A stretch of 57,360 bases of DNA from Bifidobacterium breve (GTDB lineage: Bacteria > Actinomycetota > Actinomycetes > S36-B12). The position numbers were made by a program, and so were the translations under genes. The DNA is taken from the NCBI GenBank assembly GCA_945861925.1, contig CAMAWO010000001.1, positions 1-57,360 of the forward strand. Reading direction: 5' to 3'. The notes below the pieces were generated by a model, which searched no databases, was not told where the DNA came from, and was given only the letters and a program-made list of their open reading frames with translations. Positions within the stretch are counted from its first letter, which is position 1, and each line of letters starts with the position of its first letter. Positions 36,833 through 48,196 of the stretch are shown here, piece by piece.

Positions 36833-38740
36833 CTACGCCATCCCAACCGAAGTGAGTTCTTCAATGGTCATGTACTTTTTTAGCTCTGCTGCGTCGAATA
36901 ACTGAATGAGTTCAAGCGGGATCGTCGGCACCGGCTGCTTAGTGACGTCGATCTGGTCGTCGCAGACGCGGCAGATGAGGTTCACTTGACGCCAGTCAGG
37001 ACTCATCACCGGGAAGTCATTGCGAGTGTGACCACCACGCGACTCCTCGCGGGCGAGCGCCGCTTTCGCGACGGACTCGGAGACGAGTACCTGCTTGGGC
37101 AGATCGAGCGCCAAGTGCCAGCCTGGATTGTACCCCCGGTCGCCCATGGCGTGGACCCGAGTCATGCGCTCTTTGAGGGCCTCAATTTTCACGAGCGCCG
37201 CACGCATCTCGTCCCCCGTGCGGATGATCCCCACGAGATCGTTCATGATCGTCTGCAGATCATCTTGGATCGAGAACGGGTTCTCGTCCCGCAACGGGTC
37301 AAATGGCGCAATTGCACGCGCCATCGCCGCCTGTATCTCCGCTTCGGACACTACCGGAAGATCACCCTTGGCCTTGAGGCCGCCAACATACTCAGCAGCG
37401 TAGAGCCCTGCGCGTCGTCCGAACACGAGTAGGTCCGAAAGTGAATTGCCACCTAGGCGATTTGACCCGTGCATCCCGCCCGATGACTCACCGGCCGCGA
37501 ACAGGCCTTGGAGCCCAACGAGCTCCTGGGTATCAGCGTCAACTTCAATGCCGCCCATCACGTAATGGCAGGTTGGGCCAACCTCCATCGACTCTTCCGT
37601 GATATCGACGTCAGCGAGCTCCTTGAACTGGTGCCACATCGATGGCAGCTTCGCCTTGATGACGTCGGCCGGCAGTCGCTTGGAGACATCAAGGAACACA
37701 CCACCGTGAGGCGACCCGCGACCAGCCTTCACCTCGGCATTGATCGCACGCGCTACCTCGTCCCGCGGAAGGAGTTCCGGCGGGCGCTTGTTGTTGTCGG
37801 GATCGTTGTACCAGCGGTCGGCCTCCTCCTCGGTCTTCGCGTACTGCGCCTTGAAGACATCGGGAATGTAGTCGAACATGAACCGGCGACCCTCAGAGTT
37901 GGTGAGAACCCCGCCATCGCCACGAACTGATTCTGTGACAAGCAGGCCTTTGACGCTCGGCGGCCACACCATGCCGGTCGGGTGGAACTGGATGAACTCC
38001 ATGTTCACCAGCGAGCCACCAACCATCATTGCAAGGGCATGTCCGTCACCGGTGCCCTCCCATGAATTACTCGTCACCTTGAAAGACTTTCCGATACCGC
38101 CGGTGGCAATGATCACTGACGGCGAATCGATAATCACGAAGTCACCGGTGGAGCGCCAGTAGGCCAAAACTCCGGTCGCGTGGCGCTCAGCCCCCTCGCC
38201 GGCCATGAAAACATCGGTGACCGAGCACTCGGCGAAGATCTTGATACCCGACTCATAATCGCCGGCATTCTCCTTGTCGACCTGCTGAAGCTGGACGACC
38301 TTCTGCTGGAGCGTGCGGATCATCTCCAAGCCGGTGCGGTCGCCGACATGCGCGAGACGCGGGTACTCATGCCCGCCGAAGTTGCGCTGGCTGATCTTGC
38401 CCTCGGGCGTGCGGTCGAAAAGTGCGCCCCACGACTCGAGCTCCCACACCCGATCGGGGGATTCCTTGGCGTGAATCTCCGCCATTCGGTAATGATTCGT
38501 GAACTTGCCGCCCCGCATCGTGTCGCAGAAGTGCACGCTCCAGCCGTCCTTCGCGTTCACGTTGGCCATCGACGCGGCGATGCCGCCCTCTGCCATGACC
38601 GTGTGTGCCTTGCCGAATAGTGACTTGCTCATGACCGCGACGGTCTTGCCGGCCTCGCGAGCCTCGATGGCTGCACGTAGTCCGGCCCCGCCCGCTCCGA
38701 TAACGACGATGTCGAAGGAATAACGCTCTGTGTCCGTCAT
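36833..38740 (-). CDS. sdhA: succinate dehydrogenase/fumarate reductase flavoprotein subunit
   Basis: ATG at 38740 gives MTDTERYSFDIVVIGAGGAGLRAA. The FAD-attachment segment is HTVMAEGG. The longer ORF start at 38929 is an unlikely Ser/Arg-rich extension. Confidence 0.95.
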   Translation of the reverse strand: MTDTERYSFDIVVIGAGGAGLRAAIEAREAGKTVAVMSKSLFGKAHTVMAEGGIAASMANVNAKDGWSVHFCDTMRGGKFTNHYRMAEIHAKESPDRVWELESWGALFDRTPEGKISQRNFGGHEYPRLAHVGDRTGLEMIRTLQQKVVQLQQVDKENAGDYESGIKIFAECSVTDVFMAGEGAERHATGVLAYWRSTGDFVIIDSPSVIIATGGIGKSFKVTSNSWEGTGDGHALAMMVGGSLVNMEFIQFHPTGMVWPPSVKGLLVTESVRGDGGVLTNSEGRRFMFDYIPDVFKAQYAKTEEEADRWYNDPDNNKRPPELLPRDEVARAINAEVKAGRGSPHGGVFLDVSKRLPADVIKAKLPSMWHQFKELADVDITEESMEVGPTCHYVMGGIEVDADTQELVGLQGLFAAGESSGGMHGSNRLGGNSLSDLLVFGRRAGLYAAEYVGGLKAKGDLPVVSEAEIQAAMARAIAPFDPLRDENPFSIQDDLQTIMNDLVGIIRTGDEMRAALVKIEALKERMTRVHAMGDRGYNPGWHLALDLPKQVLVSESVAKAALAREESRGGHTRNDFPVMSPDWRQVNLICRVCDDQIDVTKQPVPTIPLELIQLFDAAELKKYMTIEELTSVGMA

Positions 38741-38750
38741 GGTGTCCCTC

Positions 38751-39578
38751 TTAGAAGAAGTAGAAGTTGGTGATGGCGCCGGATGCGACCTCGCGGACGT
38801 AGAAGTCCGTGAAGGCGACAAAGATGAGCGAGATCCAGGCGAACTTCGGGTGGTGGACGTTGATCTTCGACACCCACGTCCACGCCTTGTACCGGACCGG
38901 ATGGGCCGAGAAGTGCTTGAGACGACCACCCAAGGCGTGGCGGCAGGAGTGGCAGGACAGGGAGTACATCCACAGGAACGACGCGTTCATCAGCAGAATA
39001 AGCGTGCCGACACTCAGGTGGCCCCACGCGCCCTCGGCGTTGCGGAACGCGAGGATTCCGTCGTAGGTGAGAATGACGTTGAAAATGAGGCCCGCGTAGA
39101 AGAAGTAGCGGTGGCTATTTTGGATAATGAGCGGGAAGCGGGTCTCGCCTGTGTACCGGTTGTGCGGCTCGGCCACGGCGCACGCTGGCGGGGACTGCCA
39201 AAAGGAGCGGTAGTACGCCTTGCGGTAGTAGTAGCAGGTAAGACGAAAGCCCAGCGGGAAGATAAGGATGAAGAGCGCCGGCGAGAACGCGTAGCCGGCG
39301 AAGATCCAGTCCCCGAACGGGGTGAACCCGAGCAGGGTCGCTCCAGGTGGGCACGCGGTGGAGAGGCAGGGCGAGTAGAACGGCGAGATGAGCGGCTCTG
39401 CGAAGTAGAAGTCGTTCTCAAAGGCCCGCCATGTTGAGTAGATAACGAAGAGCACGAGCACTGCGGCGGTTATCGCCGGCTGGATCCACCATGCATCGGT
39501 TCGAAGCGTGCGGGCCTTGATCTGCGCCCGCCGATCCGGAGCGCCTTGGCTCGATGGTGGGCTGGTAACAGTTGCCAT
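38751..39578 (-). CDS. sdhC: succinate dehydrogenase cytochrome b subunit (single large anchor, Sdh1/Rv0249c-like)
   Basis: ATG at 39578 follows GGGAGGA. About 275 aa with 5-6 hydrophobic helices and conserved His residues. Confidence 0.8.
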   Translation of the reverse strand: MATVTSPPSSQGAPDRRAQIKARTLRTDAWWIQPAITAAVLVLFVIYSTWRAFENDFYFAEPLISPFYSPCLSTACPPGATLLGFTPFGDWIFAGYAFSPALFILIFPLGFRLTCYYYRKAYYRSFWQSPPACAVAEPHNRYTGETRFPLIIQNSHRYFFYAGLIFNVILTYDGILAFRNAEGAWGHLSVGTLILLMNASFLWMYSLSCHSCRHALGGRLKHFSAHPVRYKAWTWVSKINVHHPKFAWISLIFVAFTDFYVREVASGAITNFYFF

Positions 39579-39821
39579 GCTCGGTCCTCCCACAGTGGCT
39601 TCATTCCGCGGGGTTGCTCTTCGCGGTGCGTTGAATGCTACGGGAAGCGGCGAGCGCCGGCATCGGCACAGCGTGCGAGGTTCATCACACGCACGCCACC
39701 ACCCCCGCCGCACGGCTTCGCAACCGCCGCCCCGCCCGTGACGATGCACGCTACTGTCGTGAAAACCGGCCAAATCGCGAATTTCACGACAGTAACGTGC
39801 AGGCAGAGCGAGCGAGGGCGA

Positions 39822-41255
39822 CTACAGGTCGACTGCGAAGTACTGGGTCTCGAGGAACTCGTGGATCCCTGCAAACCCGCCCTCACGGCCTAGACCCGAC
39901 TCCTTCATCCCGCCGAACGGTGCCGCCGGGTCGGAGGCGAGGCCGCGGTTGATTGCGACCATCCCCGACTCCATCTGGCGGGCCACCTTGATGCCCGCCC
40001 CGGCGTCCTTGGCGAAGACATACGAGATGAGGCCGGACTCGGTGTCGTTTGCCATGCGAACGGCTTCGGCCTGGTCGGTAAAGGTGACGATTGGGGCCAC
40101 GGGACCGAAGATCTCGTTGCGGGTGAGCACCGATCCATGCTCGACCCCACGCACAACGTAGGGCGCGATAAAGGCACCTTCCGTTGGTGCCACCGACGAG
40201 GCGTTGAGCACAGCGCCCTCACCGGCAGCCTCCTCAAGGAGCTCGTGAATCTTGTCGCGCTCCTTCACCGAGACCATCGCGCCAAGATCATTGGAATGAT
40301 CGCTCGCCGGGCCGATCTTCAGTGCCGCGAACGCGCCCTCAAGCTTGGACGAGAACTCCTCGGTTACCGACTCGTGGACGTAGAAGCGGTTGGCCGCGGT
40401 GCAGGCCGCACCGCCGTTGCGCATTTTCGCGATCATGGCGCCGGCAATGGCCTCGTCGACGTCGGAACCCTCGAGGACGAGGAACGGCGCGTTACCACCG
40501 AGCTCCATCGATGACGGGAGCACCCGCTCGGCTGTCTGACCGAGGAGCATCTTGCCGACATACGTCGACCCGGTGAACGACAGGGTCGCGACACGCGGAT
40601 CGGCGAGGATCGCCGACGACACAGCGCCGCTCGTCGAGGTTGTGATGATGTTTACGACGCCCGCGGGAACCCCAGCACGCTGGAGGACATCGCCGATCCA
40701 CAGCGCGGTCAGTGGGGTCTCGCCAGCCGGCTTGAGCACCGCAGTGCAGCCCGCCGCCAGCGCCGGAGCCAGCTTGCGCGTCGCCATCGCCGCCGGGAAG
40801 TTCCACGGGGTGATCATGTAGGCAACACCCATGGGCCGGTGGTCGGTGATGATCGTCTTGTCGCGGGACGGTGCGTATCGGAACCCGCCTTCGATACGCG
40901 AGGCCTCCTCTGAGAACCATCGGAAGAACTCCGCGGCGTAGGCGGCCTCGCCCATTGCATCACGCCGTGCCTTGCCATTCTCCAAGCTGATGAGGAGTGC
41001 GCAGGTCTCGAGCTCGGCGGACATGATCTCGAACGCCTTGCGCAGGATCTCGGCTCGGAAGCGGGCCGGGGTCGCTCCCCAGGTCTGGAAGGCGTCGTGG
41101 GCGGAGGTCACGGCATCGAGACCATCGCTGACCGACGCATTGGAGATCTCTGAGATGGATGATCCGGTCGCCGGGTCGATCACGGGCATTCGGGCAGTGG
41201 TCTGCAACCACTCCCCAGAAATAAGCAGTCCGGTCGGCGCGATGGTCGATGACAT
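39822..41255 (-). CDS. gabD: succinate-semialdehyde / aldehyde dehydrogenase
   Basis: 477 aa ALDH carrying MELGGNAPFLV and GGAACTAANR (catalytic Cys). Confidence 0.85.
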   Translation of the reverse strand: MSSTIAPTGLLISGEWLQTTARMPVIDPATGSSISEISNASVSDGLDAVTSAHDAFQTWGATPARFRAEILRKAFEIMSAELETCALLISLENGKARRDAMGEAAYAAEFFRWFSEEASRIEGGFRYAPSRDKTIITDHRPMGVAYMITPWNFPAAMATRKLAPALAAGCTAVLKPAGETPLTALWIGDVLQRAGVPAGVVNIITTSTSGAVSSAILADPRVATLSFTGSTYVGKMLLGQTAERVLPSSMELGGNAPFLVLEGSDVDEAIAGAMIAKMRNGGAACTAANRFYVHESVTEEFSSKLEGAFAALKIGPASDHSNDLGAMVSVKERDKIHELLEEAAGEGAVLNASSVAPTEGAFIAPYVVRGVEHGSVLTRNEIFGPVAPIVTFTDQAEAVRMANDTESGLISYVFAKDAGAGIKVARQMESGMVAINRGLASDPAAPFGGMKESGLGREGGFAGIHEFLETQYFAVDL

Positions 41256-41343
41256 TGGTCCTCCAACGGTCGTGTTCAGGGCGATGGCAGCCTAGTCGGC
41301 GTGTCCCGCGGGCCGCTATTGAATGGCACCGGTTTAGCATTGA

Positions 41344-42510
41344 ATGGTCATGCGCCGACTCCTCCTTATCCTCGGACTCGCGTGCTCGCTCGCCCTTGGG
41401 GCGTCCGGCACCGCTAACGCCGAGACCATCGGCGGCGAGCAGCTCGCCAAGCGGGGCGTGCAGGTCAACCCCGGACCGGGGGCCAAACCGTTCCCGGGGA
41501 TTTGGGCAGAGACCTGGATCCTCGTCGACGCGACAAACGGCACCGTGCTTGCCGCGAAGAACTCACATGACCGGCGACCACCGGCCAGCACCCTCAAGAC
41601 CCTCACAGCCCTCACCGTCCTCCAGGAGCTCACGCTCGACGAGACCTACGTCGCGAAGAGGAAGGACACCTTGATCTCGGGCGCTCGGGCTGGCCTTATC
41701 GCCGGCAAGCGCTACACGATCGAGGACCTCCTCTACGGCATGTTCCTGCGCAGCGGCAACGACGCGGCGCAGGCGCTCGCCCGGGCTCCTGGCAGCATCA
41801 AGAACACCGTCGGTCGCATGAATGAGATTGCCCGGCAACTGCAGGCGAATGACACCACGGCGAAGAACCCAACCGGCCTTGACCACAAGGGACAGCTGTC
41901 GAGCTCGTATGACCTTGCGCTCATTGCCCGCGCAGGGCTCGCGAGGCCAGATTTCGCGAAGTTCGCCCGAACGAAGACGTACCGGTTTCCCGGCGGCGGG
42001 GGCAGCACCTACACGATCTACAACCAGAACCGCCTTCTTATGGGCCGCTTCAAGGGTGCGATCGGCGTGAAAACCGGCTTCACTACGAACGCGGGGCGCA
42101 CCTTCATCGGGGCCGCCACCCGCAAGGGAACGACCCTCATCTTCGTCGGAATGGGGATTCACGACGGTAGCGATTCCGCTGCCAAGAAGGTCCTGAGGTG
42201 GGGCTTCAAGAATCTCGGCAAGGTGACGCCGGTCGGAGTCATGGTCGGGCCGATTGCGCCGGCAGCGGATGCCGCGGCGCTCTCCGACACCCCAACCGGC
42301 GAATCGGACGAAGCGCTCGCCAACGCCGGCCTCGGCATCCCCCCTGCGCAAGACTCCATGGCGCCCCTGTGGTTCTGGCTCATCATGACACTCGCCGTCT
42401 GCGCGCTCGCCCTCGGCTGGCTCGGCAAACGACGACAGCAAAACGGAGGGTCAGGAGTGCATCAGGCACCCCGCGCCAAGCGTCAGTACCGGCCTTATCA
42501 GCCGCTGTGA
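41344..42510 (+). CDS. D-alanyl-D-alanine carboxypeptidase (PBP5/6 class) with C-terminal membrane anchor
   Basis: Signal peptide, the SxxK motif PASTLKTLT, SGND, KTGFT and a C-terminal TM segment. Confidence 0.85.
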   Translation: MVMRRLLLILGLACSLALGASGTANAETIGGEQLAKRGVQVNPGPGAKPFPGIWAETWILVDATNGTVLAAKNSHDRRPPASTLKTLTALTVLQELTLDETYVAKRKDTLISGARAGLIAGKRYTIEDLLYGMFLRSGNDAAQALARAPGSIKNTVGRMNEIARQLQANDTTAKNPTGLDHKGQLSSSYDLALIARAGLARPDFAKFARTKTYRFPGGGGSTYTIYNQNRLLMGRFKGAIGVKTGFTTNAGRTFIGAATRKGTTLIFVGMGIHDGSDSAAKKVLRWGFKNLGKVTPVGVMVGPIAPAADAAALSDTPTGESDEALANAGLGIPPAQDSMAPLWFWLIMTLAVCALALGWLGKRRQQNGGSGVHQAPRAKRQYRPYQPL

Positions 42511-42517
42511 CGCTCGG

Positions 42518-44885
<2,368 letters not shown>

Positions 44886-44957
44886 ACCACCACAATAGGG
44901 GCGCCCCCTGACCTCACGCCCTCACCGCTACAAAGGGGCCTCTGTAGAATCGAACCC

Positions 44958-45824
44958 ATGACGGACGGAGCTGGCGACCACGACTTCATTGATCGCCTCA
45001 CCCTCGTGCCGATCGACCGCGACATCTTCACCGGAATCTGTCACTCAGGTGCGCCGATGCGCGCCTTCGGCGGGCAGATTGCCGCGCAGTCCCTCATGGC
45101 CGCCGGGGCCACCGTGGGTGATGCCAGCCGCCACGTCCATTCGCTTCATGGCTACTTCCTGCGCCCAGGACGCACCAAAGAGTCGATCACCTACCTCGTC
45201 GATCGACCTCGCGACGGCCGGTCTTTCTCGACGCGGTTCGTGCGCGCCGTGCAGGATGGCGAGACGATCTTCATGATGACCGCGTCATTCGCCCTGACCG
45301 ATCCCGGGCCCACGCATCAGTTCACAGCGCCGACCATCGCGACCCCCTCCTCGCTGCCCGAGTCGCGCATTGCTGACACCGTCCCAACCGAGATTCGCGA
45401 GCGCCGGCGTCTGGACTACCCCGAGGAGCAGTTGTTCGAGCTTCGGTTCGTCGAGGCCGAGCACGAGACCCTGCCGCTCGTTGACGACCGCTACGAGCGC
45501 ACGACCTGGGTTCGCATCACCCAGCCGCTTCCGGACGATCCGCTCATTCAGGCGTGCGCGCTCACCTATCTCTCCGATCTCACGATGGTGGGGACCGCGA
45601 TCGCGCCGCACCATAACCTCCGGGAGGGTTTGCAACTAGCGTCGATCGACCATGCGATGTGGTTCCACGCCCCGGTACGCGTCGACGAGTGGCTGCTTTT
45701 CGCCCAGGACACCCCCGTCGCGAACGGAGGTCACGGCCTCGCGCGCGGCCTGTTCTACGACACGAAGGGGGTGCTCGTGGCCTCGGTCGTCCAAGAGTCG
45801 CTCATGCGCAACCGAAATCTCTAA
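44958..45824 (+). CDS. tesB: acyl-CoA thioesterase II
   Basis: ATG at 44958 lies 8 nt after TAGAAT. It has a double hot-dog architecture with GGQIAAQSL and SLHGYFLRPG. Confidence 0.9.
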   Translation: MTDGAGDHDFIDRLTLVPIDRDIFTGICHSGAPMRAFGGQIAAQSLMAAGATVGDASRHVHSLHGYFLRPGRTKESITYLVDRPRDGRSFSTRFVRAVQDGETIFMMTASFALTDPGPTHQFTAPTIATPSSLPESRIADTVPTEIRERRRLDYPEEQLFELRFVEAEHETLPLVDDRYERTTWVRITQPLPDDPLIQACALTYLSDLTMVGTAIAPHHNLREGLQLASIDHAMWFHAPVRVDEWLLFAQDTPVANGGHGLARGLFYDTKGVLVASVVQESLMRNRNL

Positions 45825-45834
45825 GGTTCGCAGG

Positions 45835-46779
45835 TCAGCCGTGGGTGCAGGACGTCACCACGTTCTTGACGAGACTGACCGTGAATCGATCCCACCGGAA
45901 GTCCATCGTGAGCATCTGCGGCGCGCCATCGATGCTACCGACGCGCATTGAGTAGCCATTCGACGCTGTGAACGCCGCCGCCTTATCGGAGGTCATTGCG
46001 CCATCAACCATCTGCCCGCACATGGCGACCATCTGCGCCGAACCAGTGATCTCGCCACCGCCTCCGCTCACCTGCTCAAGGCTCGAGGCAATCGAGATGA
46101 GTTGCGCATACGAGAGCCCAGTGGTCGTGATGACGATTGAGGTGCGGCCCGGATCCGTCATCGTCGATGCCGGCCGGGCGGTCATGCGCAGCACTCCGCC
46201 GCTCTTGGAAACATCAGCCTTCGAGCACCGGTAGCCCGCAGGGATCTGACGCGGGTTCGCGCTCGACGGTTGGGCGAAGCAGTTCGCGAACACCTGCGCC
46301 TTCACATTCACCTGGGTTCCGGGAGATCCGAGGGGAATCGCGACGCTGCCGACCGGTGCCATGCTCGTCGAGTAGGCAGGCTCCACCGCCCATCCGGTAT
46401 CAGCCCACTTTTCTGCAATGGTGAATGACGGACGCGACGCCGATGCGGCGCGAAGTGCGCCGTACGTGGCGCTGGCGTACGTGTCACCGGAACGCGCCGA
46501 CCCGTTCGTGAATGTCAATCCGTCGGCGAACACATCGATCGACTTTGTCCTGCGAAGCCCGGCAGTAGTGCTCGGCTCCCACAGCGAGCCTGCGCTACCG
46601 AGTCGCGAGGCGGCCTCCTGCCAGGTTTTCTCCGTTGCCGAGGTGTCAGGCGCCGCGACGGCGACAGGTGCCACTGAGGTGAGAGCCCCACTGGCGACGC
46701 CGATCGCAAGCAGGAAAGACGCCGACAGCGTACGAAACGAAGGTACGTGGACACTCATCATGGGACAACGGTACGTCAT
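45835..46779 (-). CDS. secreted hypothetical protein with peptidase-inhibitor-I78-like C-terminal module
   Basis: The signal peptide ends VAVAAP. The C-terminal 60 aa are CGQMVDG...MRVGSIDGAPQMLTMDFRWDRFTVSLVKNVVTSCTHG. The start could be 46761. Confidence 0.6.
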   Translation of the reverse strand: MTYRCPMMSVHVPSFRTLSASFLLAIGVASGALTSVAPVAVAAPDTSATEKTWQEAASRLGSAGSLWEPSTTAGLRRTKSIDVFADGLTFTNGSARSGDTYASATYGALRAASASRPSFTIAEKWADTGWAVEPAYSTSMAPVGSVAIPLGSPGTQVNVKAQVFANCFAQPSSANPRQIPAGYRCSKADVSKSGGVLRMTARPASTMTDPGRTSIVITTTGLSYAQLISIASSLEQVSGGGGEITGSAQMVAMCGQMVDGAMTSDKAAAFTASNGYSMRVGSIDGAPQMLTMDFRWDRFTVSLVKNVVTSCTHG

Positions 46780-46792
46780 AATTTGTCACCAC

Positions 46793-46810
46793 CGCCCCAC
46801 GGGTGGGGCG
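46793..46810 (-). terminator. GC hairpin downstream of icd
   Basis: CGCCCCAC-GG-GTGGGGCG forms a perfect 8-bp stem 30 nt after the icd stop. There is no clear U-tract. Confidence 0.4.
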
Positions 46811-46839
46811 CCTGATGTCATCGCAGTTTCGGGCGGTGT

Positions 46840-48057
46840 TTACGAGGACATTGCCTTCTGCAAGTTCTCGTCGATTGATCCGAGGAAGTCCTGCGTGGTC
46901 TGCCACGGCTGATCAGGGCCGATGAGCATTGCGAGGTCCTTGGTCATCTTGCCCTCTTCGACCGTCTCAATGCAGACGCGCTCGAGGGTCTCCGCAAAGG
47001 CGGTCACCTCGGGGGTGCCGTCCATCTTTCCGCGGTGAGCCAGCCCCTGCGTCCACGCGAAGATCGACGCGATCGGGTTCGTCGAGGTCGGGTTCCCCTG
47101 CTGGTGCTGGCGGTAGTGACGCGTGACAGTGCCGTGGGCTGCCTCGGCCTCGACAGTGCGGCCGTCAGGGGTCATAAGGACCGACGTCATGAGTCCGAGT
47201 GAGCCGAAGCCCTGGGCGACAGTGTCGGACTGGACGTCGCCGTCGTAGTTCTTGCAGGCCCAGACGTAGCCGCCTTCCCACTTCATGGCTGCTGCGACCA
47301 TGTCGTCGATGAGCCGGTGCTCGTAGGTGATCCCAGCCGTCTCAAACTCCTTGCTGAACTCGGTCTCGTAGACATCGGCGAAGATGTCCTTGAACTGGCC
47401 GTCATATGCCTTAAGGATCGTGTTCTTCGTGGAGAGATACACGGGGTATTCGCGGGCAAGGCCGTACCGCATTGAGGCGCGAGCGAAGTCGCGGATCGAG
47501 TCATCGAGGTTGTACATACCCATCGCGACGCCCGAGCTCGGGAAGTCGAAGATGTTGAACTCCATCGGCTCCGAGCCATCGGTCGGCGTGAAGGTCATGG
47601 TGAGTGTTCCCGCGGACGGGACCTTGAAGTCGGTCGCCTTGTACTGGTCACCGAAGGCGTGCCGGCCGACGATGATCGGCTTGGTCCAGCCCGGCACCAG
47701 TCGCGGGATGTTCGAGATGATGATCGGCTCGCGGAAGATGACGCCGCCGAGGATGTTTCGGATCGTGCCGTTCGGAGACTTCCACATCTTCTTCAGGCCG
47801 AACTCGTCGACGCGGGCCTCGTCCGGCGTGATCGTCGCGCACTTGACGCCGACCCCGTACTTTTGAATCGCGTGAGCGGAGTCGATCGTGACCTGATCAT
47901 CGGTGGCATCGCGGTGCTCGATGCTCAAGTCGTAGTACTTGAGGTCGATGTCGAGGTACTTGACGATGAGCTCATCCTTGATGAACTGCCAGATGATGCG
48001 TGTCATCTCATCACCGTCAAGTTCGACAACCGGGTTCGTCACCTTGATCTTGCTCAT
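46840..48057 (-). CDS. icd: NADP-dependent isocitrate dehydrogenase (eukaryote-like homodimeric type)
   Basis: 405 aa. The N-terminus is [23 protein letters not shown], followed by TITPDEARV. Confidence 0.95.
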   Translation of the reverse strand: MSKIKVTNPVVELDGDEMTRIIWQFIKDELIVKYLDIDLKYYDLSIEHRDATDDQVTIDSAHAIQKYGVGVKCATITPDEARVDEFGLKKMWKSPNGTIRNILGGVIFREPIIISNIPRLVPGWTKPIIVGRHAFGDQYKATDFKVPSAGTLTMTFTPTDGSEPMEFNIFDFPSSGVAMGMYNLDDSIRDFARASMRYGLAREYPVYLSTKNTILKAYDGQFKDIFADVYETEFSKEFETAGITYEHRLIDDMVAAAMKWEGGYVWACKNYDGDVQSDTVAQGFGSLGLMTSVLMTPDGRTVEAEAAHGTVTRHYRQHQQGNPTSTNPIASIFAWTQGLAHRGKMDGTPEVTAFAETLERVCIETVEEGKMTKDLAMLIGPDQPWQTTQDFLGSIDENLQKAMSS

Positions 48058-48096
48058 CTGCGCTTCTCCTAAGGTTATGTGTCCAGATCCCCCACC

Positions 48097-48185
48097 CCGT
48101 TTGTCCCATAACGTGGCTCAACCTGCAGAAATCGTCCGGAATACCTCCGAATTCTGCCGGACGCCCCATGAGATGGGACAAACGG
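48097..48185 (-). other. nested inverted-repeat element between mdh and icd (candidate RNA structure)
   Basis: Outer 13-bp perfect arms are CCGTTTGTCCCAT (48097-48109) and ATGGGACAAACGG (48173-48185). Inner 7-bp arms are CGTCCGG (48133-48139) and CCGGACG (48157-48163). Confidence 0.35.
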
Positions 48186-48196
48186 AAGAAGGGGGG

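Noticed and set aside
38741-38929. 63-codon N-terminal extension of sdhA, and likewise 39579..39773 for sdhC and 51223..51384 for the TIM-barrel gene
   Set aside because: The extensions are Ser/Arg/Thr-rich and overlap upstream genes or intergenic DNA. Internal ATGs preceded by Shine-Dalgarno-like sequences give canonical N-termini.
39757-39789. TCGTGAAA-N17-TTTCACGA inverted repeat upstream of sdhC as a CRP/FNR-type site
   Set aside because: CRP/FNR sites have a 6-nt spacer between TGTGA and TCACA, and here the spacer is 17 nt. It may be a weak gabD terminator or an unrelated operator. Evidence is too thin to call.
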